From Patescibacteria group bacterium (GTDB taxonomy: Bacteria; Patescibacteriota; Minisyncoccia; Phycocordibacterales; Phycocordibacteraceae): DNA of 64,000 bases. The translations under genes were made by a program, and so were the position numbers. Each line of letters starts with the position of its first letter. Position 1 is the stretch's first letter. Below are positions 1-11,189 of this stretch, one piece after another. Under the pieces are notes generated by a model, which ran no database searches, was not told where the DNA came from, and saw nothing but the letters and a program-made list of their open reading frames with translations. The stretch is from positions 7,682-71,681 of the forward strand of contig JAZKIS010000002.1 of assembly GCA_040384725.1 (NCBI GenBank), given 5' to 3'.

Positions 1-329
1 AGGCTTTCATGCAGTTCTCGTCTGACCTCGATGCGAACACCAAGAAGCAGATCGAGGCAGGACAGCGCATGACGGAGATGCTCAAGCAGGGCAACGGCAA
101 GCCGATCGCGTTCGAGATGGAGTCTGCGATCATCTTCGCCGCGACTAACGGCTACTTCGATGGCTTCGCGCCTGAGGAGACCGCCGGCGCGGAGATACGT
201 CTTCAGGACTTCCTCAATCGCGAGGCGATGGGCGTCCTTGCAGCGATCCGCACCACCAAGGAGATCGGCGAGGCAACGGAGAAGGATCTCCGCACTGCAC
301 TCGATAAGTTCGTAGAGCGTTCTGCATAG
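1..329 (+). CDS. atpA: F1 ATP synthase subunit alpha, C-terminal part (truncated by window edge)
   Basis: QFSSDLDANTKKQIEAGQRMTEMLKQ matches the AtpA C-terminus; directly upstream of atpG. Confidence 0.95.
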   Translation, partial: AFMQFSSDLDANTKKQIEAGQRMTEMLKQGNGKPIAFEMESAIIFAATNGYFDGFAPEETAGAEIRLQDFLNREAMGVLAAIRTTKEIGEATEKDLRTALDKFVERSA

Positions 330-337
330 CATCATCC

Positions 338-2660
<2,323 letters not shown>

Positions 2661-2662
2661 GT

Positions 2663-2911
2663 ATGGCGAAGACCTTCCACCTCACTATCGCGAACGTCGG
2701 AGAGAATCTCTTCGATGGTGAGGCGCTGTCGGTTACCCTTCCGGGAGCCGAAGGAATGTTCACCGTTATGGCAGGACATGAGGCCTTCGTTACGCCGCTT
2801 AAGGCAGGCGTCGCGCTCGTGAAGACCACCGACGGCGCCGAGACCTCCTACACGCTTCACCCAGGTGGCATCGCAGAAGTTTCGGGCGGGCAGGCGACCG
2901 TTCTTCTATAA
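2663..2911 (+). CDS. atpC: F1 ATP synthase subunit epsilon (beta-sandwich domain only)
   Basis: Follows atpD; LPGAEGMFTVMAGH motif; 82 aa with no C-terminal helices. Confidence 0.9.
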   Translation: MAKTFHLTIANVGENLFDGEALSVTLPGAEGMFTVMAGHEAFVTPLKAGVALVKTTDGAETSYTLHPGGIAEVSGGQATVLL

Positions 2912-2920
2912 GAAATAAGT

Positions 2921-2960
2921 AAAGCACCGCCCGGGTTCTCCCCGGGCGGTGCTTTACTTT
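2921..2960 (+). terminator. Intrinsic terminator after the atp operon
   Basis: AAAGCACCGCCCGGG / CCCGGGCGGTGCTTT inverted repeat followed by T-rich sequence. Confidence 0.85.
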
Positions 2961-2989
2961 ACACAGGTACGTACCATACTTACCCACAT

Positions 2990-3409
2990 ATGAATGAAGA
3001 CGGCGAGTTCGATCCAGTTCCTAAGGCGCCTTCGCATTACCATGGCGACACGGTGCGTGCCTATTTTCTTATTGCGGCCGTACTCATCTTTATAACGAGG
3101 TTCATTGGCGCTGAGCTGCCGTTCTCGTCGGGAGCTCAGATGCTTCTTATCCTTACGCTCGTTATCTTGGCAGGACTGACGAATCCAGCACAGAAAATGA
3201 TTCATTACGCCAACATGCTCGTCTCCATTGCGGGCGTCCTTACGTTCAGCGGCCTTGCGTTCTCACGCATTGAAACTCCCGAAGCCCTGTTCTCTGGAGC
3301 AGGTCTCGTGGTTATAATTGCGCTCGTGTTCCTTGCGACATTGTATTTCGCAACGCGTACCGTACGCGGACTCTCCGTGCCGCACATCCACATGCCTTCC
3401 GAAGACTAG
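2990..3409 (+). CDS. Hypothetical membrane protein (~4 TM)
   Basis: Four hydrophobic segments. Confidence 0.75.
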   Translation: MNEDGEFDPVPKAPSHYHGDTVRAYFLIAAVLIFITRFIGAELPFSSGAQMLLILTLVILAGLTNPAQKMIHYANMLVSIAGVLTFSGLAFSRIETPEALFSGAGLVVIIALVFLATLYFATRTVRGLSVPHIHMPSED

Positions 3410-3466
3410 TTTCGTCTACGCATCCCCAAGCGAGGCTTTTTCTGGTTGTGATAAAATAGGGTACAT

Positions 3467-3697
3467 ATGATTCAGAAATTCCTCGTACGCCAGGCTCTTA
3501 AGATGAAGATGAAGGATATGCCCGAAGCGCAGCGGGAGCAGATCCTAACACTCGTCGAGAAGGATCCGGAACTCTTCAAGAAGATCGGCGAAGAAGTGGA
3601 TCGCCGCGTGAAGGGAGGCGAGAACCAGATGAAGGCCTCCATGGAGGTTATGAAGAAGTACCGCACAGAGCTCTCGGGACTCGTGGGTCCTCAGTAG
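3467..3697 (+). CDS. Small hypothetical helical protein
   Basis: Core-like codon usage; TAAAAT shortly before ATG. Confidence 0.75.
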   Translation: MIQKFLVRQALKMKMKDMPEAQREQILTLVEKDPELFKKIGEEVDRRVKGGENQMKASMEVMKKYRTELSGLVGPQ

Positions 3698-3705
3698 TAG
3701 TCTCT

Positions 3706-4290
3706 ATGAAAGCGAAGCGCATATTCATTCTTCTCGGCCATCCGGATTCCGGGATGGAGCCGATGTCTCGTACTCTAGCTGATACCTATGAGCAGGCTGC
3801 AAAGGACGCTGGACACGAAGTTCGAAGAATAAATATCTTCGACCTCTCGTTCGATCCGGTCTTGCATAAAGGATATCGCGCGATTCAGGAACTCGAGCCG
3901 GACCTGAAGACGGTGCAAGAGAACATAACGTGGTCCGAGCATTTCGTACTCGTGTATCCGAACTGGTGGGGCGGCATGCCCGCGCAACTTAAGGGCATGT
4001 GGGATCGCATGTTCCTGCCGCGCTTCGCGTTTCGTATGTGGAAGAACCGGTTCGGCTGGGACGCGCTTCTGAAGGGGCGCACGGCGCGCGTCCTCATAAC
4101 CTGCGGAAATCCAGCAATTCTCGACCATCTCGCGTTCGGCGACTTCACGTCTTCGATCAAAAGGTCGTTGCTTCAGTTTGCAGGATTCAGGACCTGGGTA
4201 TCCGCGTTCGGACATAGCGAGCACGCGTCAGAGAAGACGCAGGAACGTTGGAAGCGAGAGGTACGTTCGCTCGGACGGAGGGGACGATAA
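3706..4290 (+). CDS. NAD(P)H-dependent oxidoreductase, flavodoxin-like fold
   Basis: LGHP N-terminal motif and YPNWWGGMPAQLKGMWDR motif. Confidence 0.9.
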   Translation: MKAKRIFILLGHPDSGMEPMSRTLADTYEQAAKDAGHEVRRINIFDLSFDPVLHKGYRAIQELEPDLKTVQENITWSEHFVLVYPNWWGGMPAQLKGMWDRMFLPRFAFRMWKNRFGWDALLKGRTARVLITCGNPAILDHLAFGDFTSSIKRSLLQFAGFRTWVSAFGHSEHASEKTQERWKREVRSLGRRGR

Positions 4291-4361
4291 GTATAGAAAC
4301 TAACAGAGCCCCAATTCTAGCGGGCGTATGTACGTGTAGATTTGAGGCTCTGAAGAAGTTG

Positions 4362-4580
4362 TTACTTCTTAGTGACCTCCTTGATTTCGAACGTTCCCCA
4401 GACGTTAACGAGTACCAAGAGGCCTATGAGGGCCGGTATGTTCGAGATCATATAGAACACGAGTATCTGCCACCAGGCAAAGGTCGTGAAGATATGCATC
4501 CCTGCGAGTGGCCAAAGAATGAGGCCGACCGCGAGACTTACCAGTCCGACGAGAATGTACTTGTTCGTAACCTTGAGCAT
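4362..4580 (-). CDS. Small accessory membrane protein (2 TM)
   Basis: SD AAGGAG before ATG; minus-strand TTGACA promoter near 4634-4639. Confidence 0.65.
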   Translation of the reverse strand: MLKVTNKYILVGLVSLAVGLILWPLAGMHIFTTFAWWQILVFYMISNIPALIGLLVLVNVWGTFEIKEVTKK

Positions 4581-4647
4581 TGAAAACTCCTTTCGCTAAG
4601 GTACGGGTGAGTAATACCACCCGCATGCATGCATGTCAAACGAGCCC

Positions 4648-4676
4648 TTGACAATTTATATAAGAAGCGCTATATT
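4648..4676 (+). promoter_or_regulatory. Sigma70-type promoter
   Basis: TTGACA-17 nt-TATATT. Confidence 0.75.
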
Positions 4677-4682
4677 CATTCC

Positions 4683-4817
4683 AGGAAAGCAGACGGCGAA
4701 ATAAGCCAAGGACTTCTTCACCGAAAGAAACCCAGCACGTGGGAACGGAAAGATAGTCTTCTGCAGACCCAAGTCCCCGCGAGGCGCAGCAGCTGCGACC
4801 CGGGGACTTTTATTTTT
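4683..4817 (+). ncRNA. Candidate structured small RNA, family unassigned
   Basis: Lies between a consensus promoter and a terminator hairpin with U-tract; no ATG ORF; nested helices visible. Confidence 0.5.
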
Positions 4818-4842
4818 ATACATAACCGCGTAAGGTGAACGT

Positions 4843-5937
4843 ATGAAAATCGGCATCGTAGGACTTCCGAACGTCGGGAAGTCCACTCTCTTTAATGCGC
4901 TCACCAAGGCCGCGGTCCCCGCGGAGAATTATCCGTTCTGCACCATAGACCCGTCTGTTGGTGTCGTGGGTGTTCCGGACGAGCGCCTAACGCGCCTCGC
5001 TGAGCTTTCGAAGTCAGAGAAGACCATCCCCGCAGCAATCGAGTTCGTTGATATCGCAGGACTCGTTAAGGGCGCGTCAGAGGGCGAGGGTCTCGGAAAC
5101 CAGTTCCTCTCTCACATCCGCGAGGTGGATGCCATTCTCCAGATGGTCCGTTTCTTCGACGATCCTGACGTTATCCATGTGCATGGGGACGTTGATCCGG
5201 TTCGCGACATCGAGATCATCAATCTCGAGCTCATCCTCGCGGACCAGCAGTCCGTATCTGGACGCCGCGAGCGCTTAGTGCGTGATGTTAAGGCTGGGAA
5301 CAAGGATGCAGTTGCCGAGGATGCTGTGCTCACCCAGATCGAGCAGGCGCTCCTCTCCGGAAAGCTGGCACGAACGGTAGAGCTCTCGGACGAGGACGCG
5401 AAGCGCATCAAGTCACTGAACCTCCTTACCTTGAAACCAATCCTCTACTCCTTCAACGGAAAGGCAGGCGGACACAATCTCTCCGAGATGAATGACGGGC
5501 GTGCGCAGGCTGCGTACGACCTCGTTGAGTCCTTGGGCGGGCGTTATGTAGAGGTTGATGCGCGTACCGAGCATGAGCTGAACGACGTTGCCTCGGAGGA
5601 CAAGGATATGTTCCGTTCCGAGCTCGGGGTGCAGGTAGACGGGCTCGAGGCGCTCATCCGTGGCGCGTACGATACGCTCGGCCTCATCACTTTCTTTACG
5701 ACGGGCCCTAAGGAGACACGGGCCTGGACCATTACGCGCGGAGCATCTGCGCCTGAGGCAGGAGCAGCCATCCATAACGACTTTAAGGACAAGTTTATTA
5801 GGGCCGAGGTTGTTGGATGCGATACGCTCGTTGCAGACGGCTCATGGAGCGCTGCCAGGGATAAGGGTGATATACGAACCGAAGGGAAAACGTACATCGT
5901 GAATGATGGGGACGTGATGGTGTTTTTGCATAGTTAG
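4843..5937 (+). CDS. ychF: Ribosome-binding ATPase YchF
   Basis: [47 protein letters not shown]-terminal TGS domain. Confidence 0.98.
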   Translation: MKIGIVGLPNVGKSTLFNALTKAAVPAENYPFCTIDPSVGVVGVPDERLTRLAELSKSEKTIPAAIEFVDIAGLVKGASEGEGLGNQFLSHIREVDAILQMVRFFDDPDVIHVHGDVDPVRDIEIINLELILADQQSVSGRRERLVRDVKAGNKDAVAEDAVLTQIEQALLSGKLARTVELSDEDAKRIKSLNLLTLKPILYSFNGKAGGHNLSEMNDGRAQAAYDLVESLGGRYVEVDARTEHELNDVASEDKDMFRSELGVQVDGLEALIRGAYDTLGLITFFTTGPKETRAWTITRGASAPEAGAAIHNDFKDKFIRAEVVGCDTLVADGSWSAARDKGDIRTEGKTYIVNDGDVMVFLHS

Positions 5938-5974
5938 ATCACAGCAATAGAGGACACGGCAGTGCACTGCGTCC

Positions 5975-6003
5975 AAAAGGTTCGATCCCTCAGACTGCCA
6001 GCA
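5975..6003 (+). repeat. tRNA-Gln-3'-end-like cassette boundary site A
   Basis: AAAAGGTTCGATCCCTCAGACTGCCAGCA. Confidence 0.6.
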
Positions 6004-6014
6004 ATATTTGTATA

Positions 6015-6065
6015 AAAAGAAAAGCCGCCCGGAGGAGCGGCGGGGAAGTAATTCCTCCGGGCTGC
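6015..6065 (-). terminator. Terminator of the minus-strand cassette gene
   Basis: GCCCGGAGGA...TCCTCCGGGC inverted repeat with a U-tract on the minus strand. Confidence 0.6.
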
Positions 6066-6075
6066 CTCGAGCGAC

Positions 6076-6399
6076 TTAGCGGCTCTGTTCTGTCAGGAGC
6101 CCTTCGGCGGCACTGACACATGAATAGAAGGTGTAATCCTTCTCTGGAGCGGTGCGCAAATCTCTGTTCCTGTCAGGAACCGGACTGCACATTCGTTCCG
6201 CTGCAGTGCGTAGGTCGCCATCCCAAACGATCTCACGATCGCCACGCGCGGAACCAGTCCGCGAAGGCTCGTACCCTATACGGCCGGTCTGGTAGGTGAC
6301 CTGTGTCGGTTCGGTATGAGTGTTGCTCGTGACCGTGACCGACAGTAGAGCCAGGGTGCCTCCAAAGAGAGCACCCCAGACAAACGATGAAGTAGACAT
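6076..6399 (-). CDS. Accessory secreted or membrane-anchored hypothetical protein
   Basis: GGGAGAAAGC before ATG 6399; N-terminal hydrophobic segment; own TTGACA promoter near 6456-6461. Confidence 0.7.
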   Translation of the reverse strand: MSTSSFVWGALFGGTLALLSVTVTSNTHTEPTQVTYQTGRIGYEPSRTGSARGDREIVWDGDLRTAAERMCSPVPDRNRDLRTAPEKDYTFYSCVSAAEGLLTEQSR

Positions 6400-6478
6400 G
6401 CTTTCTCCCAAGGAACGGTTTGATTCTATATAGTTATACTCTATATAAGTATATTTGTCAAGTATGATTTGATGCATA

Positions 6479-6509
6479 AAAGGTCCGCGCTTCGTCCCTG
6501 TCTGCCAGA
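6479..6509 (+). repeat. Cassette boundary site B
   Basis: AAAGGTCCGCGCTTCGTCCCTGTCTGCCAGA; 22/31 ungapped identity to site D (hand count). Confidence 0.65.
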
Positions 6510-6531
6510 AATACTAAAGGGCTCGTCATAT

Positions 6532-6720
6532 TCAGACGAGCCCCATGAATTTTAGAAGAAAGTAGACTGCAACACAGGCGAGGATTACCAAGAACACTAT
6601 TCCCAGTATTTCGGCCAAGTCATTTGCAGCTTCCCTTGCTTCCTCCCCCAGGATTCCCGTTATCCCTAGAAGAAGGAACGCGGGATTGGCGGCAAAGACA
6701 AAGTACCAGAACCAATACAT
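6532..6720 (-). CDS. Accessory small 2-TM membrane protein
   Basis: GGGAGAAAAGC before ATG; own minus-strand TTGACA promoter near 6770-6775. Confidence 0.65.
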   Translation of the reverse strand: MYWFWYFVFAANPAFLLLGITGILGEEAREAANDLAEILGIVFLVILACVAVYFLLKFMGLV

Positions 6721-6782
6721 GCTTTTCTCCCTGAACTTTCAGTATGAATAATACACTACAAACTATGTTTGTCAACAGTAAG

Positions 6783-6813
6783 GTAGGTTCCTCTATCGTC
6801 CCAGACTGCCTGC
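6783..6813 (+). repeat. Cassette boundary site C
   Basis: GTAGGTTCCTCTATCGTCCCAGACTGCCTGC; 24/31 identity to site D. Confidence 0.7.
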
Positions 6814-6827
6814 TATACTTCTCGCAT

Positions 6828-7256
6828 ATGGAACTAAGCAATCTCATGGGTCCTGTAGAAATACAGTTTGTTATCGGTCTCGGGCTCTCCCTTATCCTCG
6901 GCTACCTTGTCGGCGCCGAGCGTGAGATGCGTCGCAAGGATGCAGGCATCAGCACGCACATAATGGTTATCGCGGGCTCGATGCTTTTCACGCTTCTTTC
7001 GAACGTGGTTGATCCGCTTTCAACCTCCCGCATCGCGTCCCAGATCGTAGTTGGTATCGGATTCCTCGGAGCCGGCCTCATCCTCAGGGAGGGGACGAGC
7101 GTTAAGAACCTCACGACGGCTGCGAGCGTCTGGTTCGCAGCTGCTATCGGCATGGCGCTCGGTTTCGGCTTCTACATCGTTGCGATTCTTGCGGCGCTCG
7201 TTATCGCGCTCGTACCGCGCATCCCGAGCCTGCACGAAGAGAAGCACGAGGAATAA
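6828..7256 (+). CDS. MgtC/SapB family membrane protein
   Basis: GAERE, AGISTH, RIASQIVVGIGFLGAGLI and LTTAASVW motifs. Confidence 0.93.
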   Translation: MELSNLMGPVEIQFVIGLGLSLILGYLVGAEREMRRKDAGISTHIMVIAGSMLFTLLSNVVDPLSTSRIASQIVVGIGFLGAGLILREGTSVKNLTTAASVWFAAAIGMALGFGFYIVAILAALVIALVPRIPSLHEEKHEE

Positions 7257-7286
7257 AAGTCTAGAGGCGTGGTATAATCCGCGCAT

Positions 7287-8264
7287 ATGGAAAACACCCC
7301 CGCTGCAGCGCCCTCCGCATCGAAGACGACACCGCGTGACTTCTTCTTCTGGGCAGGGCTCCTTGTAGCGCTCATCGGAAGCGTCATCTCGCTCACGACG
7401 CTTCTCTTCTCCTATATAAACTTTGCGTTCCCTGATCCGCTCGCGTACTACGGCGATCCGTACGGCGGCGAAGTACGTGTCGCGATGGCGTCCGTGATCG
7501 TATTCATCCCGACGGCGCTCATCCTCGCGCATCTGATCAGGCAGACCATCGTGAAGGAGGCTGGCAAGGCGAACATCTGGGTTCGTCGCTGGGCACTCGG
7601 TCTCATACTCTTCGTCGCGACCTTAACTATCCTCACGGACCTCATCACGCTCATCATGACGTTCCTCGGGGGCGAGATAACGATCCGCTTCGGTCTTAAG
7701 GTGTCGGTGGTGCTCCTGGTAGCGGCATTCATGTTCCTGCATTTCCTCGCGGACCTGAAGGGGTACTGGCTCGAGAACGTTAAGAAGGCAGGGCTCGTAT
7801 CGTCTTCGATACTCGCAATGGCGCTCGTCTCGGTTGTCGCCGGCTTCTTCATCATCGGTACGCCAGGCGAGATCCGCATGATGCGCTTTGACGAGCAGAA
7901 AGTAATGGACCTCCAGAGCATCCAGTACCAGGTGATGAACTACTACCAGCAGAAAGAGGAGCTCCCTGAGTCCCTTGCGGCACTCAACGATCCTATCTCA
8001 AGCTTCATGACGCCGGTTGATCCTCAATCTGGAGCGGCATACCAGTATCGCGTAACGAGCGCGCTCACGTTCGAGCTCTGCGCGGCATTCAATAAGCCGA
8101 CACCGGACACCCGCGGCCAAGGAGGGTACCCGGCTCGCGATATGAGCTACCCGTCCATGGGCATGGGAGTCGATGAGAACTGGCTGCATGAGGCGGGCGA
8201 TACCTGCTTCACGCGCACCATCGATCCTGAGCGCTACCCGGCCTTCGAGAAGCCTCTCCAGTAG
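7287..8264 (+). CDS. Multi-pass membrane protein with extracytoplasmic C-terminal domain (DUF5671-like)
   Basis: Five TM segments, then IIGTPGEIR...DP...Y.Y...FELCA.F pilin-like tail. Confidence 0.7.
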   Translation: MENTPAAAPSASKTTPRDFFFWAGLLVALIGSVISLTTLLFSYINFAFPDPLAYYGDPYGGEVRVAMASVIVFIPTALILAHLIRQTIVKEAGKANIWVRRWALGLILFVATLTILTDLITLIMTFLGGEITIRFGLKVSVVLLVAAFMFLHFLADLKGYWLENVKKAGLVSSSILAMALVSVVAGFFIIGTPGEIRMMRFDEQKVMDLQSIQYQVMNYYQQKEELPESLAALNDPISSFMTPVDPQSGAAYQYRVTSALTFELCAAFNKPTPDTRGQGGYPARDMSYPSMGMGVDENWLHEAGDTCFTRTIDPERYPAFEKPLQ

Positions 8265-8273
8265 AAACGGTAT

Positions 8274-11141
8274 ATGGCGAAAGAACGGTTCGATCACATT
8301 GCGATTGAGAAGTCCGCCCAGGAGAAATGGGAGGCGCTCGATATCTACGCAACGGATCTAACCGACTCCGAAAAAGAATCGTATTACCTACTGTTCGAGT
8401 TCCCGTACCCTTCGGGAGATCTCCATATCGGCCACTGGTTCGCGTTTGCCCTTACGGACATATTCGCGCGCTTCAAGCGCATGCAAGGGAAGAACATATT
8501 CTTCCCGATGGGATTCGATTCCTTCGGTCTTCCGGCCGAGAACGCCGCCATAAAGAACGGTGCGGATCCGGCCGTGTGGACCGAGGCGAACATGGAGCGC
8601 ATGCGCGCGCAGGTACGGACGATGGGAACCTCGGTAGATTGGTCCAAGGAAGTCGTGACGTCGAGCCCTGAGTACTACAAGTGGACCCAGTGGCTCTTCT
8701 CGAAGCTCTATGACCACGGACTCACGTACCGCAAGGAAGCGGCCGTTAAGTGGTGCCCGAAGGACCAGACCGTGCTCGCGAACGAGCAGGTAATCGACGG
8801 CAGGTGCGAGCGCTGCGATTCTGAGGTTGAGGAGAAGTTCCTCACCCAGTGGTTCATGGGAATCACAAAGTATGCGGAGCGCCTCCTTACGGACCTCGAT
8901 CCGCTTCCGTGGCGCGAAGAGATCAAGGACGCACAGCGCGCATGGATAGGAAAGTCAGAAGGCGCGAAGCTCTCCTTCCGTGTCCTCTTTGCAGACGACC
9001 AGAAGAACGAGTGGCGTGACGAGGAGGGAAATCCGGCTCAGGTTGCCGTATTCACTACGAGGCCTGATACCACCTTCGGAGCAACGTATGTCGTGCTCGC
9101 TCCCGAGCATCCATGGGTAGCGGGAGCGCTTGAGCACGGCACTGACGTATTTTCAAACGAGGAAGAGGTCCGTGCGTATATACAGGAGACGTCGAAGAAG
9201 ACCGAGCGTGAGCGCCTCGAGAACAAGGAGAAGACCGGCGTGAAGCTCGAAGGCGTCCGTGCCGTTAACCCAGCAACCAAGGAAGAAATCCCGGTCTATA
9301 TCGCTGACTACGTGCTTGCGTCCTATGGAACGGGTGCGGTTATGGCAGTACCGGCCCATGACGAGCGCGATTATGCGTTCGCGAAGAGGTTCAACCTCCC
9401 TGTTACGCCTGTTATCGATCCGGTCACCGGGGACGAGCAGGAGGACCCGCTCCATAAAGGAAAGATCGTCGCTGTCGTTGAGCATGAAGGGAGGGTGCTC
9501 TCGATACACTGGAAGCCAGAGCTCGGCGGCCGGCTTCTCGTGGGCGGCACGGTCGAAGAAGACGAGGACCCTGCCGTAACGGCTGCACGGGAGATTACGG
9601 AAGAGACCGGCTATACCGATCTCGAGCTCGTGGAGCGTGCCGAGGAGATGGTGCATCACGGGTATTTCGCCTTCTCGAAGAATCAGGCGACCCTCGCGCA
9701 TACCACGCTCCTCCACTTCAGGTTGAACAGCGACGCGTGTGACGAGCAGAAGCTCGAAGACAACGAGAAAGGAAAGTTCGAGGTCGAGTGGGTTACGGTC
9801 GAAGAGGCGGAACGCGAGATCCATGACGACCAGCATCTCTATGCGCTCGCGCGCTTTATGAAGCCAGGTGCCTACGTAGGAGACGGCCTCCTACGGAATT
9901 CCGGCCAGTTCGATGGCAGGGATAACCGCGAAGCGATGAGCGAGATCGTCGACTTCGTCGGAGGCGAACGCGTCACGAACTATCGGCTCCGTGACTGGCT
10001 CGTCTCTCGTCAGCGCTACTGGGGCTGCCCGATACCGGTCGTCTACGACCCTGAAGGCGCCGTACACCTGATCCCGTCCGAGCATCTCCCGTGGACCCTG
10101 CCAACGGATGTCGACTTCTCGCCGTCAGCAGAGTCTCCGCTCGCGACCTCGAAGGAGCTCAAGGAGCGCGTCGAGCGCATCTTCGGCGAAGGATGGACCC
10201 CTGAATACGATACGCTCGATACCTTCGTCGATTCTTCGTGGTATTTCCTACGCTATCTCGACGCAAACGACGAGAACGACTTCTCGGACCAGTCGCTTCT
10301 GAAGAAGTGGCTCCCGGTTAATCGGTACTCAGGGGGCAGCGAGCACACGACCATGCACCTGCTGTATTCGCGCTTCTTCCATAAGGCGCTCTACGACCTC
10401 GCGCTCGTGCCGACGCCCGAGCCGTTCGAAGAACGCTTCAATCGCGGACTCATCCTCGGCACCGATGGGCAGAAGATGTCGAAGCGCTGGGGCAACATCG
10501 TCAATCCGGACGAGATGGTCCAGAAATTCGGTTCCGATGCGGTGCGCATGTATCTCGCCTTCATCGGTCCATATAACGAACCGGGGAGCTATCCGTGGAA
10601 GCTTGATGGTGCGGTGGCGATGCGAAAGTTCCTCGACCGCGTCTTCCAGCTCTCAGAGAAGGTTGCGGACGAAGCAATGACCGAGAGCGAGCGAGTGTCG
10701 CTCGCAAAGGCCATAAAGAAGATAACGGGAGATACCGAGCGCTTTAAGTTCAATACGGCCATATCAGGACACATGGTGTTGGTTCGCGAGCTCGAGAATG
10801 CTGACGTCGTCTCAAAGGAAGCGTACCTCGCTCTCGTATCGCTTATGGCGCCGTTCGCTCCGCACCTTGCAGAGCATCTATGGGAGCGGATGGGGGGCGA
10901 GGGTAGCGTGCATACTGCTTCATGGCCGGAAGAGATCGCTGTTGAGGAGGATACCGTCGTTATAGGGGTACAGGTGAACGGGAAGCGAAGGGGGGAGATC
11001 AGCCTTGCTAAGGGCGCCTCAGAGGAGAAGGCCATGGAGGCGGCGAAAGCCGATGAGACCATTGGCCGCCTCCTTCATGAAGGCGTCCTGGACAAGGTGG
11101 TCTACGTTCCAGGCCGGATCCTGAACCTGGTGATAACATGA
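8274..11141 (+). CDS. leuS: Leucine--tRNA ligase with inserted Nudix domain
   Basis: FPYPSGDLHIGH, FTTRPDT, GTGAVMAVPAHD, KMSKR; internal Nudix box. Confidence 0.97.
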   Translation: MAKERFDHIAIEKSAQEKWEALDIYATDLTDSEKESYYLLFEFPYPSGDLHIGHWFAFALTDIFARFKRMQGKNIFFPMGFDSFGLPAENAAIKNGADPAVWTEANMERMRAQVRTMGTSVDWSKEVVTSSPEYYKWTQWLFSKLYDHGLTYRKEAAVKWCPKDQTVLANEQVIDGRCERCDSEVEEKFLTQWFMGITKYAERLLTDLDPLPWREEIKDAQRAWIGKSEGAKLSFRVLFADDQKNEWRDEEGNPAQVAVFTTRPDTTFGATYVVLAPEHPWVAGALEHGTDVFSNEEEVRAYIQETSKKTERERLENKEKTGVKLEGVRAVNPATKEEIPVYIADYVLASYGTGAVMAVPAHDERDYAFAKRFNLPVTPVIDPVTGDEQEDPLHKGKIVAVVEHEGRVLSIHWKPELGGRLLVGGTVEEDEDPAVTAAREITEETGYTDLELVERAEEMVHHGYFAFSKNQATLAHTTLLHFRLNSDACDEQKLEDNEKGKFEVEWVTVEEAEREIHDDQHLYALARFMKPGAYVGDGLLRNSGQFDGRDNREAMSEIVDFVGGERVTNYRLRDWLVSRQRYWGCPIPVVYDPEGAVHLIPSEHLPWTLPTDVDFSPSAESPLATSKELKERVERIFGEGWTPEYDTLDTFVDSSWYFLRYLDANDENDFSDQSLLKKWLPVNRYSGGSEHTTMHLLYSRFFHKALYDLALVPTPEPFEERFNRGLILGTDGQKMSKRWGNIVNPDEMVQKFGSDAVRMYLAFIGPYNEPGSYPWKLDGAVAMRKFLDRVFQLSEKVADEAMTESERVSLAKAIKKITGDTERFKFNTAISGHMVLVRELENADVVSKEAYLALVSLMAPFAPHLAEHLWERMGGEGSVHTASWPEEIAVEEDTVVIGVQVNGKRRGEISLAKGASEEKAMEAAKADETIGRLLHEGVLDKVVYVPGRILNLVIT

Positions 11142-11189
11142 AGTTGACTTTAAAAGCTCAATCTGGTATAAGAATACCACACTAATCGT

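Noticed and set aside
4623-4635. GCATGCATGCATG micro-repeat
   Set aside because: Only three units, in a promoter spacer; too short to support phase variation.
5975-6813. Boundary sites as CRISPR repeats or integron attC sites
   Set aside because: Spacing is gene-sized and irregular, copies are degenerate, and there is no RYYYAAC...GTTRRRY palindromic attC structure.
8274-11141. Alternative genetic code 25 (UGA = Gly) as in Gracilibacteria
   Set aside because: leuS, ung, trpS and scpB end at TGA at the expected lengths, and conserved genes have no in-frame TGA.
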